A stretch of 64,000 bases of DNA from Gemmatimonadota bacterium (GTDB lineage Bacteria; Gemmatimonadota; Gemmatimonadetes; Palauibacterales; Palauibacteraceae), in NCBI GenBank assembly GCA_039589195.1, contig JBDHHV010000002.1, positions 1,126 to 65,125 on the forward strand. The letters run 5' to 3'. The translations under genes were made by a program, and so were the position numbers. Numbering within the stretch: the stretch's first letter is position 1; every line of letters starts with the position of its first letter. Positions 47,274 through 56,370 of this stretch are shown here, one piece after another. Under the pieces are notes generated by a model. The model worked only from the letters and a program-made list of their open reading frames with translations. It had not been told where the DNA came from and did no database searches.

Positions 47274-48887
47274 TCAATAACTCCCTGCGGAGGTCACCCG
47301 ACCCTCGTCCTGCACGGTGCGCTCGTGGGCGGTGCTCGCCCGCGCCGCGCTCGAGGTCCGGTCTCCGGTCGTGAGCCTGTAGATCACACCCGCCGCATCG
47401 TCCGCGATCGTGCGGTAGTATCGTTCCAGGTGTTCGTGGAAGTCCGGGTACTTTTCGAACCACCACCTCGCGTTATCCGGGATCAGCAGGTAGTCGCCTT
47501 CCCCCCGCCCGCGCAGCGCTTCGAGCTGCGAGATCGCCTCCTCGCTCGAGGCGGGGTGGTGGCCGGCGTACACGCCGTCTCCGGTCTGTGGGAAGTGCGT
47601 GGCCCGAGCGCCCTCGACCGCGACCAGCTCGGGGTCTCCGTGGCTCACGACGAGTAGGGCCGCTCCGCGGGGGACGCTCGAGTCGGCGAGACTGCGCGCA
47701 CGGCGGACCTCCGCGCGGTGCCGGAGATCGCTTCCGGCCACGAACGCCGGGACCTCGCCGAGCGGGCCGGCTCTCGAGCAGGCCACAGCCTCCTCGAGAG
47801 CCAGGAGCCGGGACTCCAGCGCTTCATCCCGCCGGAGCTCGGTGCGAGGGTCGGGATCTCCCGTTCCCGAGGGCGTCACATCGGCACCAGCCCCCGTCAG
47901 GCGTGTGTCCCCGTCGGTGGTGGAGGCTTCGGGGGGAATGCCCAACTCCAGATGCGCCACGCGGGCCATCAGGCGAGTGGCCTCGCCCAGGAGCGCGCGC
48001 ACCTGTCGGGAGCGTGCCGCGAGGATCGCCTCCACGTCACCGGTGCGGGACCCGGGGTCGAAGAAGGCGAGCTCCGGGGCGACGTCCAGGGCGTGTGGGT
48101 ACGCGGACTCGTATGCAAAACGGATCAGGCCGTCGGCCAGATACTGGTCCACGTCATCGGGACGCACATGCTCCGACCACTGTTCCCGGTATCTGCGCAC
48201 ATTGTCGCGGTCGTGCCCGAAACGGCCCTCGGAGACGGATTCCAGGTGCTCAACCACGCACTCGGGGCAGTAATGGATCTCGCTGCCGGCTTCCCCCAGA
48301 CGCAGGCAGAGATCGACGTCCTCGAACCCGTTCCGGTAGCCCTCGTCGAACCCTCCCACACGATCGAAGGCATCGCGGCGGACCAGGATGCACGCCGCGG
48401 TCACCGCCTGGAGGCGTCGGGCCCGGTTCACCGCGGGGTGATCGCTCGGGAAGCCCGCGTACAGGTGGCGGGGATACCCATCCTGGCAGAAGACCACCCC
48501 GGCGTGCTGAACCGCCCCGTCAGGGTACAGGAGCTTCGCCCCCAGGGCGGCAGCTTCGGGGTGCGTGGCGGCGTAGCTCGTGAGTGCGTCGAGCCAGCCG
48601 GGATGCGGCCGGGTGTCGTTGTTCAGGAAAACCAGCCAACCGGCTTCGGATGCGGCCGCCCCCGCGTTGCAGGCGACGGCGAACCCGGCATTCTCCGGGT
48701 TGTCAACGACCCGAACCGCGTCCCCTCGCTCTGCGAGCACGCGGAAGGTGTCGTCCGTCGAGCCGTCATCCACGACGATCACTTCGTGCGACACCGCGGG
48801 GGGGTGCGCGAAGATGACTTCCAGACACCGGTCCAGCAGGGCGGCGGCGTTGAAGGTCGGGATGATGATCGAGCACTCGGGCATCAT
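47274..48887 (-). CDS. GT2 family glycosyltransferase fused to a coiled coil and the conserved C-terminal DUF domain. Start reassigned to ATG at 48887.
   Basis: MMPECSIIIPTFNAA...VIVVDDGSTDDT...GFEDVDLC GT2 motifs. C-terminus SHGD...HFPQTGDGVYAGHHPASSEEAISQLEALRGRGEGDYLLIPDNARWWFEKYPDFHEHLERYYR. Confidence 0.78.
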   Translation of the reverse strand: MMPECSIIIPTFNAAALLDRCLEVIFAHPPAVSHEVIVVDDGSTDDTFRVLAERGDAVRVVDNPENAGFAVACNAGAAASEAGWLVFLNNDTRPHPGWLDALTSYAATHPEAAALGAKLLYPDGAVQHAGVVFCQDGYPRHLYAGFPSDHPAVNRARRLQAVTAACILVRRDAFDRVGGFDEGYRNGFEDVDLCLRLGEAGSEIHYCPECVVEHLESVSEGRFGHDRDNVRRYREQWSEHVRPDDVDQYLADGLIRFAYESAYPHALDVAPELAFFDPGSRTGDVEAILAARSRQVRALLGEATRLMARVAHLELGIPPEASTTDGDTRLTGAGADVTPSGTGDPDPRTELRRDEALESRLLALEEAVACSRAGPLGEVPAFVAGSDLRHRAEVRRARSLADSSVPRGAALLVVSHGDPELVAVEGARATHFPQTGDGVYAGHHPASSEEAISQLEALRGRGEGDYLLIPDNARWWFEKYPDFHEHLERYYRTIADDAAGVIYRLTTGDRTSSAARASTAHERTVQDEGRVTSAGSY

Positions 48888-51427
48888 CGACGCCCCTCGC
48901 GGTTGGCATGACTCTCCGGCCGGGGACCGGCCTCCATCAGTGGACCGGTCAGACGGTACAGCACACCGGTCCCGGGCTCCTCGGCCACGACGCACGCGTG
49001 GCGACGGAGCCGCTCGGCCAGCTCTTCGTAGTGCGACAGCCACCAGAGGGACGTGGCCGGGAGCAGCAGATAGCCCGCGCCCCCGCGCCGAAGCTCTTCG
49101 AGGTGCGTAATCGCGTCCCACGCCGTAGCCGGGTGGTGGCCGGCGTACCCGCCGCCGGGGGCCTGCGGGAAGTGGGCGGCACGGTGGCTCTGGAGCTCCA
49201 CGAGCGCCTCATCGCCGCGGCTCGCCACCAGCACCATCTCCCGCTCTGGCACGTGCCGGCTCACGAGATCCAGCGCATGCGCCCGCTGCCGCTCGTAGTC
49301 GGGGTTCGATCGTCGGCCGTAAGGCGGCGGCGGCTCACCCCATTTCCGCTCGAAGCGGGCCCGGTTCTCGCGCAGCAACGCGTCGTACTCGCCTTCTCCG
49401 ACAAGCGCCCCGAACGATCCCTTGTCGAAGTGGTGCATGAACACGTCTTCGGCGGACACGAGTCGGAGACCTGCTCCCCGGATCCGGTGGCAATAGTCGT
49501 CGTCCTCGAGGGTGCCGAGTCCAAAGCGCTCATCCAGGGCCCCGATCCGCTCCCAGGTCGAGCGGCGCAGCGCGAAGCAGAACATCGTGAGAGACGGGAT
49601 GTCCCGCGGTTCCCCCGCGTGCCGCTCCCGGCGTTCCCGGGCGAACCGCATCAAGTCGCCGTATGTGTCGTACGAGGCGTCGATCTGCGCCTCGTTGCAG
49701 ATCCGGTTCGTGACCGGCCCCACCGCTCCGACCGACGGATCGGACAGGTGCCGCAGCAGGTCGCCCAGCCACCAGCGTGGAGGGATCGTGTCGTTGTTGA
49801 GCAGGACCAGGGCGGGGGCGCGAGACATCTCCATCCCGAGGTTACACGCGGCCGCGAACCCGAGGTTGCTGTCGGACAGCCGGACCCGGACCCTCGGGTG
49901 CGAGCGGGCGAGATCGCGCAGGTATGCCGGCGTGTCATCCGTGGACGCGTTGTCGAGGACGATGAGCTCGTAGTCCCCGATTTCCGTGTTCGCGAGCAGG
50001 CTCTCCAGACAGAGTCGGGTCAGGAGGAGCCCGTTGTGCGTGACGACGATCACGCTCGCCCGTGGCTTGACCGATGGCTCGTCCCCGGGTGGAAGCAGCG
50101 CACCCGACGACCCTGGCCACGGGCGGTCGAGCACGAGCCGGGCGCTCTCCTCCGAGAGCCGAACGGGATTCCGTGACACCGGCTCGAGCACCAGCTCGCG
50201 GGGGAATGCGTCGACGTTCTTCAGCACGGGGCGCACGCGCGGGTGGGCGGTAGCGGCTCCAATCTGGTCCAGCATGTGTCCGAGCACTCGACCCGCGTCG
50301 AAGTACTCGTTCGCGATGTCCTCGGCGGCTCGCGCGTGCCCGTCGTAGTCAGAGCGTATCGCCTCGAGCGCCGCCCTCGCTTCGTCGAGCGTGTCGAACG
50401 CGAACAGACCGAGGCCCGTGGGGAGAGTCTGACCGAGACCCGTATTTTGGGTGATGACGGGGCAGGCGGCAGCCAGGTACGTGGCGCTGCGGTCGCTGAA
50501 CCAGCCGCTTCTGAGCCTTACGTTCTGGTCCTTCGCGACCGTGAACTCCGCCCGTGAACCCTGAATGTAGGCGCGGTACGCGTCGAGATCCGCGGAGAGC
50601 GGCCCTGCATCGCGAACCGCCCAGCCCACCGCTTCGAGGAGGTCTCGGTCCTCTCGCTCGACACCCGAGAGCGCAAGCTCGAACGAATCCGGGGCAGCCG
50701 ACGGCAACTCGCGTACCTTCTCGAATTGCTCGTGCTTGCTCCAGCGATACAGCTCGCCGCGGAACCGGATGTCGCGCCATTGCCGCCAGCTGGCGATCGT
50801 CGTGATGAGCTCGCGCTCACTCCTCGCTTCCGGCTCTGTGCGCCACAGGTCGAGCACCACCGGTTGCCGGGTGGGCCGGAAGCGGAATGCGGACGAGTCG
50901 GGCACCCCACAGTCCCCGTTCCCGAGGTTCTCCCCGAAGCTGAAGTGGGCGAAGTGGCTCGCGAGGAATCGCGCCGTGCTCTCGAAGCGGTGGAAGAGCT
51001 CGAGCTGCGGGAGCACCGGGTCCGTCTCCACATAGACGAGGCGATCCCGGTCGTGTCCGGGCCGCGGTGTCGTGCCACCGTGCAGGTTCAGGATCAGCGA
51101 GGCCCGGTCGTAAAGCCGGGCCAGCTCTTCCGGCGTCATCCCGAGGCAGTCACCGTCCGCGTGTAGCGCCTCGTACGCCCACCGATCCCCAAAGCCGAAG
51201 CGGCTCAAGTGACGGTCCAGGTATGCGGCGGCCCCACGCACGCCGAAAGGATCGCCCGGCTTCACGAATGCGGAGGGTGTGCGGGCGTGCGCCTCGACGT
51301 AGTACACGTCGTACCCCAACCGGCGCAGACCGATGAGGTAGTGCAGCGTCTGCCACACCACCCCGGCGACCGGCATCGGTGTCATCATCCCCAGGACGAC
51401 GGCGCGTGGGCGCCCGAGCAGTCTCAT
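48884..51427 (-). CDS. Three-part fusion: divergent GT-B domain (4th paralog) + GT2 domain + conserved C-terminal DUF domain
   Basis: N-terminus AGVVWQTLHYLIGLRRLGYDV...GWFSDRSATYLAAACPVI. Middle SVIVVTHNGLL...DNASTDDT...GTLEDDDYC. C-terminus SRGD...HFPQAPGGGYAGHHPATAWDAITHLEELRRGGAGYLLLPATSLWWLSHYEEL. Confidence 0.7.
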   Translation of the reverse strand: MRLLGRPRAVVLGMMTPMPVAGVVWQTLHYLIGLRRLGYDVYYVEAHARTPSAFVKPGDPFGVRGAAAYLDRHLSRFGFGDRWAYEALHADGDCLGMTPEELARLYDRASLILNLHGGTTPRPGHDRDRLVYVETDPVLPQLELFHRFESTARFLASHFAHFSFGENLGNGDCGVPDSSAFRFRPTRQPVVLDLWRTEPEARSERELITTIASWRQWRDIRFRGELYRWSKHEQFEKVRELPSAAPDSFELALSGVEREDRDLLEAVGWAVRDAGPLSADLDAYRAYIQGSRAEFTVAKDQNVRLRSGWFSDRSATYLAAACPVITQNTGLGQTLPTGLGLFAFDTLDEARAALEAIRSDYDGHARAAEDIANEYFDAGRVLGHMLDQIGAATAHPRVRPVLKNVDAFPRELVLEPVSRNPVRLSEESARLVLDRPWPGSSGALLPPGDEPSVKPRASVIVVTHNGLLLTRLCLESLLANTEIGDYELIVLDNASTDDTPAYLRDLARSHPRVRVRLSDSNLGFAAACNLGMEMSRAPALVLLNNDTIPPRWWLGDLLRHLSDPSVGAVGPVTNRICNEAQIDASYDTYGDLMRFARERRERHAGEPRDIPSLTMFCFALRRSTWERIGALDERFGLGTLEDDDYCHRIRGAGLRLVSAEDVFMHHFDKGSFGALVGEGEYDALLRENRARFERKWGEPPPPYGRRSNPDYERQRAHALDLVSRHVPEREMVLVASRGDEALVELQSHRAAHFPQAPGGGYAGHHPATAWDAITHLEELRRGGAGYLLLPATSLWWLSHYEELAERLRRHACVVAEEPGTGVLYRLTGPLMEAGPRPESHANREGRR

Positions 51428-53295
51428 CGGGCACTTCCGACGCTGCGGACGAGCTCCGGCCCCGCCTCGGACTCGGGCTCCTGGCCCGCCGACGCCTCCG
51501 GCCCCGGATCATGCTGCGGTGCCGATCGGGCATGACCGGCCTGTACGTCGTGCAGCTCCCGGAAGAGACCGTCACGCGCGAGCAATTCCTCGTGGCTCCC
51601 CTGCTCGACGATTCGGCCGCCGTCCATCACCAGGATCCTGTCCGCGTTCCGGATCGTGGACAGGCGGTGCGCTATCATGAACGTCGTGCGCCCGAGCATG
51701 AGCCGTTCGAGCGCGTCCAGGATCACGCCCTCGGTACGCGAGTCGATCGAGGAGGTCGGCTCGTCGAGGATCAGGATCGGGGCGTCGCGCAGGAACGCTC
51801 GCGCGACCGAGATGCGCTGGCGCTCGCCGCCCGACATCTGGACTCCTCGCTCACCGAGCGCGGTATCGTACCCCTTCGGAAGCCGCTCGATGAACCCGTG
51901 CGCGTTGGCGGCCCTGGCGGCCTCGACCACTTCGTCCATGGATGCGGACAGGCGCCCGTAGAGGATGTTGGAGGCGATCGTCCCGGAGAAGAGGAGGGGC
52001 TCCTGGAGCACGATGCTGACCTGGTCTCGCAGCGAGGCCAGCGTGATCTGACGGATGTCAGTCCCGTCCAGGAGGATGTGCCCCTCACCGGGCTCGTAGA
52101 ACCGTGGGATGAGGCTCACGAGCGTGGTCTTGCCCGCGCCCGTGGGCCCGACGACGCCGAGCTTCTGGCCGGGCTCGGCGGTGAACGAGATCCCCTCGAG
52201 CGTCCGGTCGCGGCCGTCGTAGCTGAAGCCGACATCTTCGAACACGACCTCGCCACGAGCGCGCGGGATCACCAGGGCCCCGGGCAGATCACGGATCTTC
52301 GGCTCCTGATCCAACACCTTGTACGCGATCTCGAGGCTGATGAACCGATCCTGGAACGACCCGATCGTGTTCGCGATCGCTTCGAGCGGGCCGTAGATGG
52401 AGGCGATGTAGGCGAGCACGACCAGAAGCTCGCCACCCGTGAGCCGTCCCTCGGTGATCTGCCACACGCCGAACCCCAGCACGACGGCCGCCCCCGCCGC
52501 CGTGGTCGTGTTCACGATCAGCGAGAACAGCGTCTGGCGGACGGTGACCTTCACGCGCTCATCGATGGCACGCTTGCCCTGCTGGCGAAAACGGCGGAAC
52601 TCGTGGCTCTCGCGCCCGAAAGCCACGATGACCCGCATCATCGAGATCGCCTCGTGTACGATCGAGAGCGACTCGCCCTCGAGTCCCTTCACCTTCCGGA
52701 GTCGCTCCTGGATGTGGGTCATGTAATAGCCCACGGACCAGTACAGGAACGGCACCACGACCAGCGAAAGGAGGGCGAGCTGGTGGTGGATCATCCAGGT
52801 CAACCAGAACATCCCGATCAGCGTGAGGGCGCTCTGCGCGAGGGGCAGCACGGCCATCACCAGACCGGCGGCCGCATCCGCCTGGAAGTTGATCGCGTAG
52901 ATCAATCCTCCCGCGCGACGCTTGTCGTGGTAGGCCATCTCGAGCCGCTGCGCGTGCTGGAACAGGTCGCTACGGAAGTTCAGCACCATCCCCTGCTCGA
53001 GGCGCGTCTGCACGTAGCTGTTCAGGACCGAGAAGCCGTTCTGGGCCAGGGTGAGCCCGAACCCGCCCAGGACCACGGCGCCGATGAGGAGGAGCTTCTG
53101 CTCCATCAGGGGCTGGAGCACCGGTGCCACGATGCCGGGTGGCGGGTGCGAGCCCAGCACGCTGTCGAACAGGATCTTGAGCGGCCACGGCTCCAGCAGC
53201 GCGAGCAGTGACACGCCGATCGTGAGGACGCCTGTCACGACCGCCGAGCGCCAGAACGGCTTCAGATATCGCAGCACGCGGAGGAAGTACTTCAC
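51424..53295 (-). CDS. ABC transporter permease/ATP-binding protein (MsbA-like type I exporter). GTG start.
   Basis: 6-TM domain. Walker A GPTGAGKTT. Signature LSGGERQRISVARA. Walker B ILILDEPTSSID. Confidence 0.9.
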   Translation of the reverse strand: MKYFLRVLRYLKPFWRSAVVTGVLTIGVSLLALLEPWPLKILFDSVLGSHPPPGIVAPVLQPLMEQKLLLIGAVVLGGFGLTLAQNGFSVLNSYVQTRLEQGMVLNFRSDLFQHAQRLEMAYHDKRRAGGLIYAINFQADAAAGLVMAVLPLAQSALTLIGMFWLTWMIHHQLALLSLVVVPFLYWSVGYYMTHIQERLRKVKGLEGESLSIVHEAISMMRVIVAFGRESHEFRRFRQQGKRAIDERVKVTVRQTLFSLIVNTTTAAGAAVVLGFGVWQITEGRLTGGELLVVLAYIASIYGPLEAIANTIGSFQDRFISLEIAYKVLDQEPKIRDLPGALVIPRARGEVVFEDVGFSYDGRDRTLEGISFTAEPGQKLGVVGPTGAGKTTLVSLIPRFYEPGEGHILLDGTDIRQITLASLRDQVSIVLQEPLLFSGTIASNILYGRLSASMDEVVEAARAANAHGFIERLPKGYDTALGERGVQMSGGERQRISVARAFLRDAPILILDEPTSSIDSRTEGVILDALERLMLGRTTFMIAHRLSTIRNADRILVMDGGRIVEQGSHEELLARDGLFRELHDVQAGHARSAPQHDPGPEASAGQEPESEAGPELVRSVGSAR

Positions 53296-56009
53296 CCGAC
53301 TGCCTCTCGGGGGTCGGTCTTGGGCGAGGGGTCCGAGTCCGCATGCCCCGGTCGGTCGGTCTCCGGGCCATCGTGCCTCGGTCCCGAGTCACGTGCGACC
53401 GCGGGTGTCGTGGCCATCCGCCCGTTGGACTCGTACCGCGGCCGGCCTGAGACCGTGGCGCCGCCGGTGGTCCGGACGTCGGCATCGTGCATCGCGTCGA
53501 GCGCTTCGAGGACGGCGGTCATCGCGCCGCCACACTCGAGAACGATCCGTACGGCGAACAGTACGAACGCGAGAGCGAGCAGGACCCCGGCAAACACCGC
53601 ACCCGCCGCGAGCGCCCACCCGGTGAGAGCCGCGAGGAGACCGAGCGACCCCGAGCCGGGACGCGACAACGTCGGTAGCAGTCGCACACGCACGAACTGC
53701 TGACCGGCCCCATGCTCCTCGGTGCACGTGCGAATCCTGACGCGTCCGGATGGACCACCCTTGACCAGGAGATCCCAGTTATCGAAGGGGCCACCCCGCA
53801 GTACCGCGGCGCGCATCCGTCGGAGTACGAACTCGAGACGCGCGAGTCGCTCGGGAGGGGGTGACCACCCGTCGCTCCACAGGAAGACGGTCTGCGGTTC
53901 GGGCAGTACGAAGCGCCTCCGGGTTCGCAGTCGCCACGGCGTCAGACCATGGCGCAATCGCCCCCGCAGGCGGGCGGCGGGCTGCAGGAGATGTAACGCG
54001 ACCGTCAGGAGCGGCCTGACGAACCGGTCGCGGGGACTCGATCCTCTCGAGTCGTCGCGCGCGTGCGCCGCGCCCGCGATCGCCTGCGGAAGCACCGCGC
54101 CCGCCGCCAGGACGAGAAGTGGCAGCGTCCATAGCAGGGGTCGCCACGCGAGCCCGAGCGCGCTGAGCCCGGCGAGCGCCAGGATCACGAGGTACCATTC
54201 CGGCGTCGAGACGAGGGAGCTCAGGAAGCCGGGCGACGGAGGGTGGTACGCCTGGAAGGGGGCTTCGCCCCAGATTCCGTGATAGATCCGCCCACGACGA
54301 CCCAGACCGAACAGCCGTGGCGCCCCGTACACACGCCCGCCCCACGTCACGTGCCCGGCCGAGTTGTACTTCTCCGGCCACTTCTCCTCGAGCAAGGCCT
54401 CCGCGCGCCCGTACCCGGACTGCTGCCGCCAGTATGTCCGGACGGAGTCACGCGCGTGGTGCCATACCATCGCGGCCGGACTGAAGCCGAGCGTGTGTCC
54501 GCTCTCCTGTAGCCGCCAGCAGATGTCCACGTCATCGCCCGCTACGCGGAAGCGTGGGTCAAAGCCATCCACCTCGTCGAGCGCGCTCTTCCGGAAGGCC
54601 ATATTGCAGCCGGGGATGTGCTCCGCCACCTGATCGGACAGCAACACGTGGATCGGGCCGCCGGGGGCATTCGCCACGCAGCCGGCCACGAAACCGTCCC
54701 CGGGAGGCGCCACGTTGGGCCCGCCGGCGCCCGCGAATGTTTCGTCGGCGAGCGTCATGGACAGATACGTGAGCCAATCGGAGTCCGGTCGCGCATCGGC
54801 GTCGGTGAACGCGACGATCTCGCCCGTCGCCGCTTCGATGCCCGCATTGCGGGCTTTGCTCAGCCCCTGGTTGGCCGTCCGGATCAGCTGGACGGGGAAT
54901 TCGGCGGCGATGTCGGGCGTCGAGTCCGTCGAGCCATCGTCGACCACGATCACCTCGTAGTCCGGATACTGGATCGCGGTCGCTCCCTCGAGGCAATCGC
55001 GCAGCGTGCCCGCGGCGTTGAACGCGCAGATGACGATGGAGATGCGAGGGCGTTTCTCCCCCTCGATCTCGGGTGTCGCGGCAAAGGCCCGTCGCACGCT
55101 GCGGAGAGCGGGCTTGGGCTTCCGGCACTCGTCGGTCACCCCGAATCCCCACGCCTCGACATCGTGCCCGCCCGTGTGCCACTCGTCGGTCCATGAGAAC
55201 ACGAACGTCCCCGCGCACCCTCCCCGGCGCGCGGCCCGGATCTGGGCATCCAGCCCGCAGGCCTGCCCGAACTCGCCGTGCGAGCGGCTGTCGAGCCCGA
55301 GCTCTCCCATGAGGAGTGGACGGTCGCCCGCGAGGTTGTGAAGGCGCGCGAGGTAAGCCGAGAGACGCTCCGCCGATTCCAGATAGACGTTGAAGCACAG
55401 GAGATCGAGGAAGTCGAGGTGGAGATACTCCGTGGATGGGTAGTTCACGTACGTGACGAGCCCGTCGGGGTCCTCGGCCTTGGCCAGGTCGTATAGCGAT
55501 CGGATGTGCCGCTCGATGCGCTCGCGACCGCTCCAGCGGACGATCTGCGCGGGTGTCTCGTTTCCCACTGCGTAGCACAGGACGGCGGGGTGCCCTGCGC
55601 ACGCCCGCACGGCCCGGCGCACTCGCCCCTCGATCCGGGCGACGCGGCCCGGCTCGTCGAGGAAGGCCACGTGTTGCTCCCAGGGGATCCCGACCATGAT
55701 GCGGAGTCCCTGCCGTGCGGCTGCGTCGAGCGTCCAGCGTGGGGGCGGCGTGTACGTGCGGACGGCGTTCGCCCCCGCCTCGGCCATGTGGGCGAAGTCA
55801 CGCTCGACCATCTCTCGCGGTGGAAACGGCTCCCCGTCACGGTTGCGGCGGAACGTCCCATAGGTGAAGCCGCGGACGAAGAGCTTCTCGTCCCCCGCGT
55901 ACAGGAACTTGCCGGCCGCGCGCGGTCGCGGAGCCGCCTCGGCCGGTGCCTCCCTGCCGGTCGGGACGGGTCCGCCCGCGCGGCCGTTGATGGTTGGTCC
56001 GGGGTGCAT
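53292..56009 (-). CDS. Fusion protein: clan GH-A glycoside hydrolase-like TIM-barrel domain + GT2 glycosyltransferase + C-terminal multi-TM region. First gene of the operon.
   Basis: N-terminal FVRGFTYGT...AVGNETP (NEP acid/base-like). Middle ISIVICAFNAAGTL...VIVVDDGSTDST...DADA...GFDPRF...CWRL GT2 motifs. Hydrophobic helices after residue ~600. Confidence 0.68.
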   Translation of the reverse strand: MHPGPTINGRAGGPVPTGREAPAEAAPRPRAAGKFLYAGDEKLFVRGFTYGTFRRNRDGEPFPPREMVERDFAHMAEAGANAVRTYTPPPRWTLDAAARQGLRIMVGIPWEQHVAFLDEPGRVARIEGRVRRAVRACAGHPAVLCYAVGNETPAQIVRWSGRERIERHIRSLYDLAKAEDPDGLVTYVNYPSTEYLHLDFLDLLCFNVYLESAERLSAYLARLHNLAGDRPLLMGELGLDSRSHGEFGQACGLDAQIRAARRGGCAGTFVFSWTDEWHTGGHDVEAWGFGVTDECRKPKPALRSVRRAFAATPEIEGEKRPRISIVICAFNAAGTLRDCLEGATAIQYPDYEVIVVDDGSTDSTPDIAAEFPVQLIRTANQGLSKARNAGIEAATGEIVAFTDADARPDSDWLTYLSMTLADETFAGAGGPNVAPPGDGFVAGCVANAPGGPIHVLLSDQVAEHIPGCNMAFRKSALDEVDGFDPRFRVAGDDVDICWRLQESGHTLGFSPAAMVWHHARDSVRTYWRQQSGYGRAEALLEEKWPEKYNSAGHVTWGGRVYGAPRLFGLGRRGRIYHGIWGEAPFQAYHPPSPGFLSSLVSTPEWYLVILALAGLSALGLAWRPLLWTLPLLVLAAGAVLPQAIAGAAHARDDSRGSSPRDRFVRPLLTVALHLLQPAARLRGRLRHGLTPWRLRTRRRFVLPEPQTVFLWSDGWSPPPERLARLEFVLRRMRAAVLRGGPFDNWDLLVKGGPSGRVRIRTCTEEHGAGQQFVRVRLLPTLSRPGSGSLGLLAALTGWALAAGAVFAGVLLALAFVLFAVRIVLECGGAMTAVLEALDAMHDADVRTTGGATVSGRPRYESNGRMATTPAVARDSGPRHDGPETDRPGHADSDPSPKTDPREAVG

Positions 56010-56370
56010 GCGCGCCGAACAGCCTCCCGTAAACGGCGGACGAAACTGCGGTTACATCGCGAGCTGTGGGGGGTGTTGAGCAGCACGTATGCCAGCCGCG
56101 GTATCGAGCCCCGACCAGGCGCGGAGCTGCGGTCCCGGATCCGCTCGGCCACTGGATTCGGGGCGGGCGGGGCGTGAATCAGGAGCGCCGGAAGTCAGAT
56201 CCGGTTAGGGTCTTAGGGACGATTCGGGCTCCGGCGGCGTCCCCTTCGGCACGTGGCCACGGGAAGGTGTTCGGCCACCGTGGCGCAGTCGGACGCGTCG
56301 CGGCGTGCGACGCGTCCGTGGAGGGTGGGTGCGTCACGGTTTGGCTCGGGTGTGAAAAAAGTGGCGCCTG

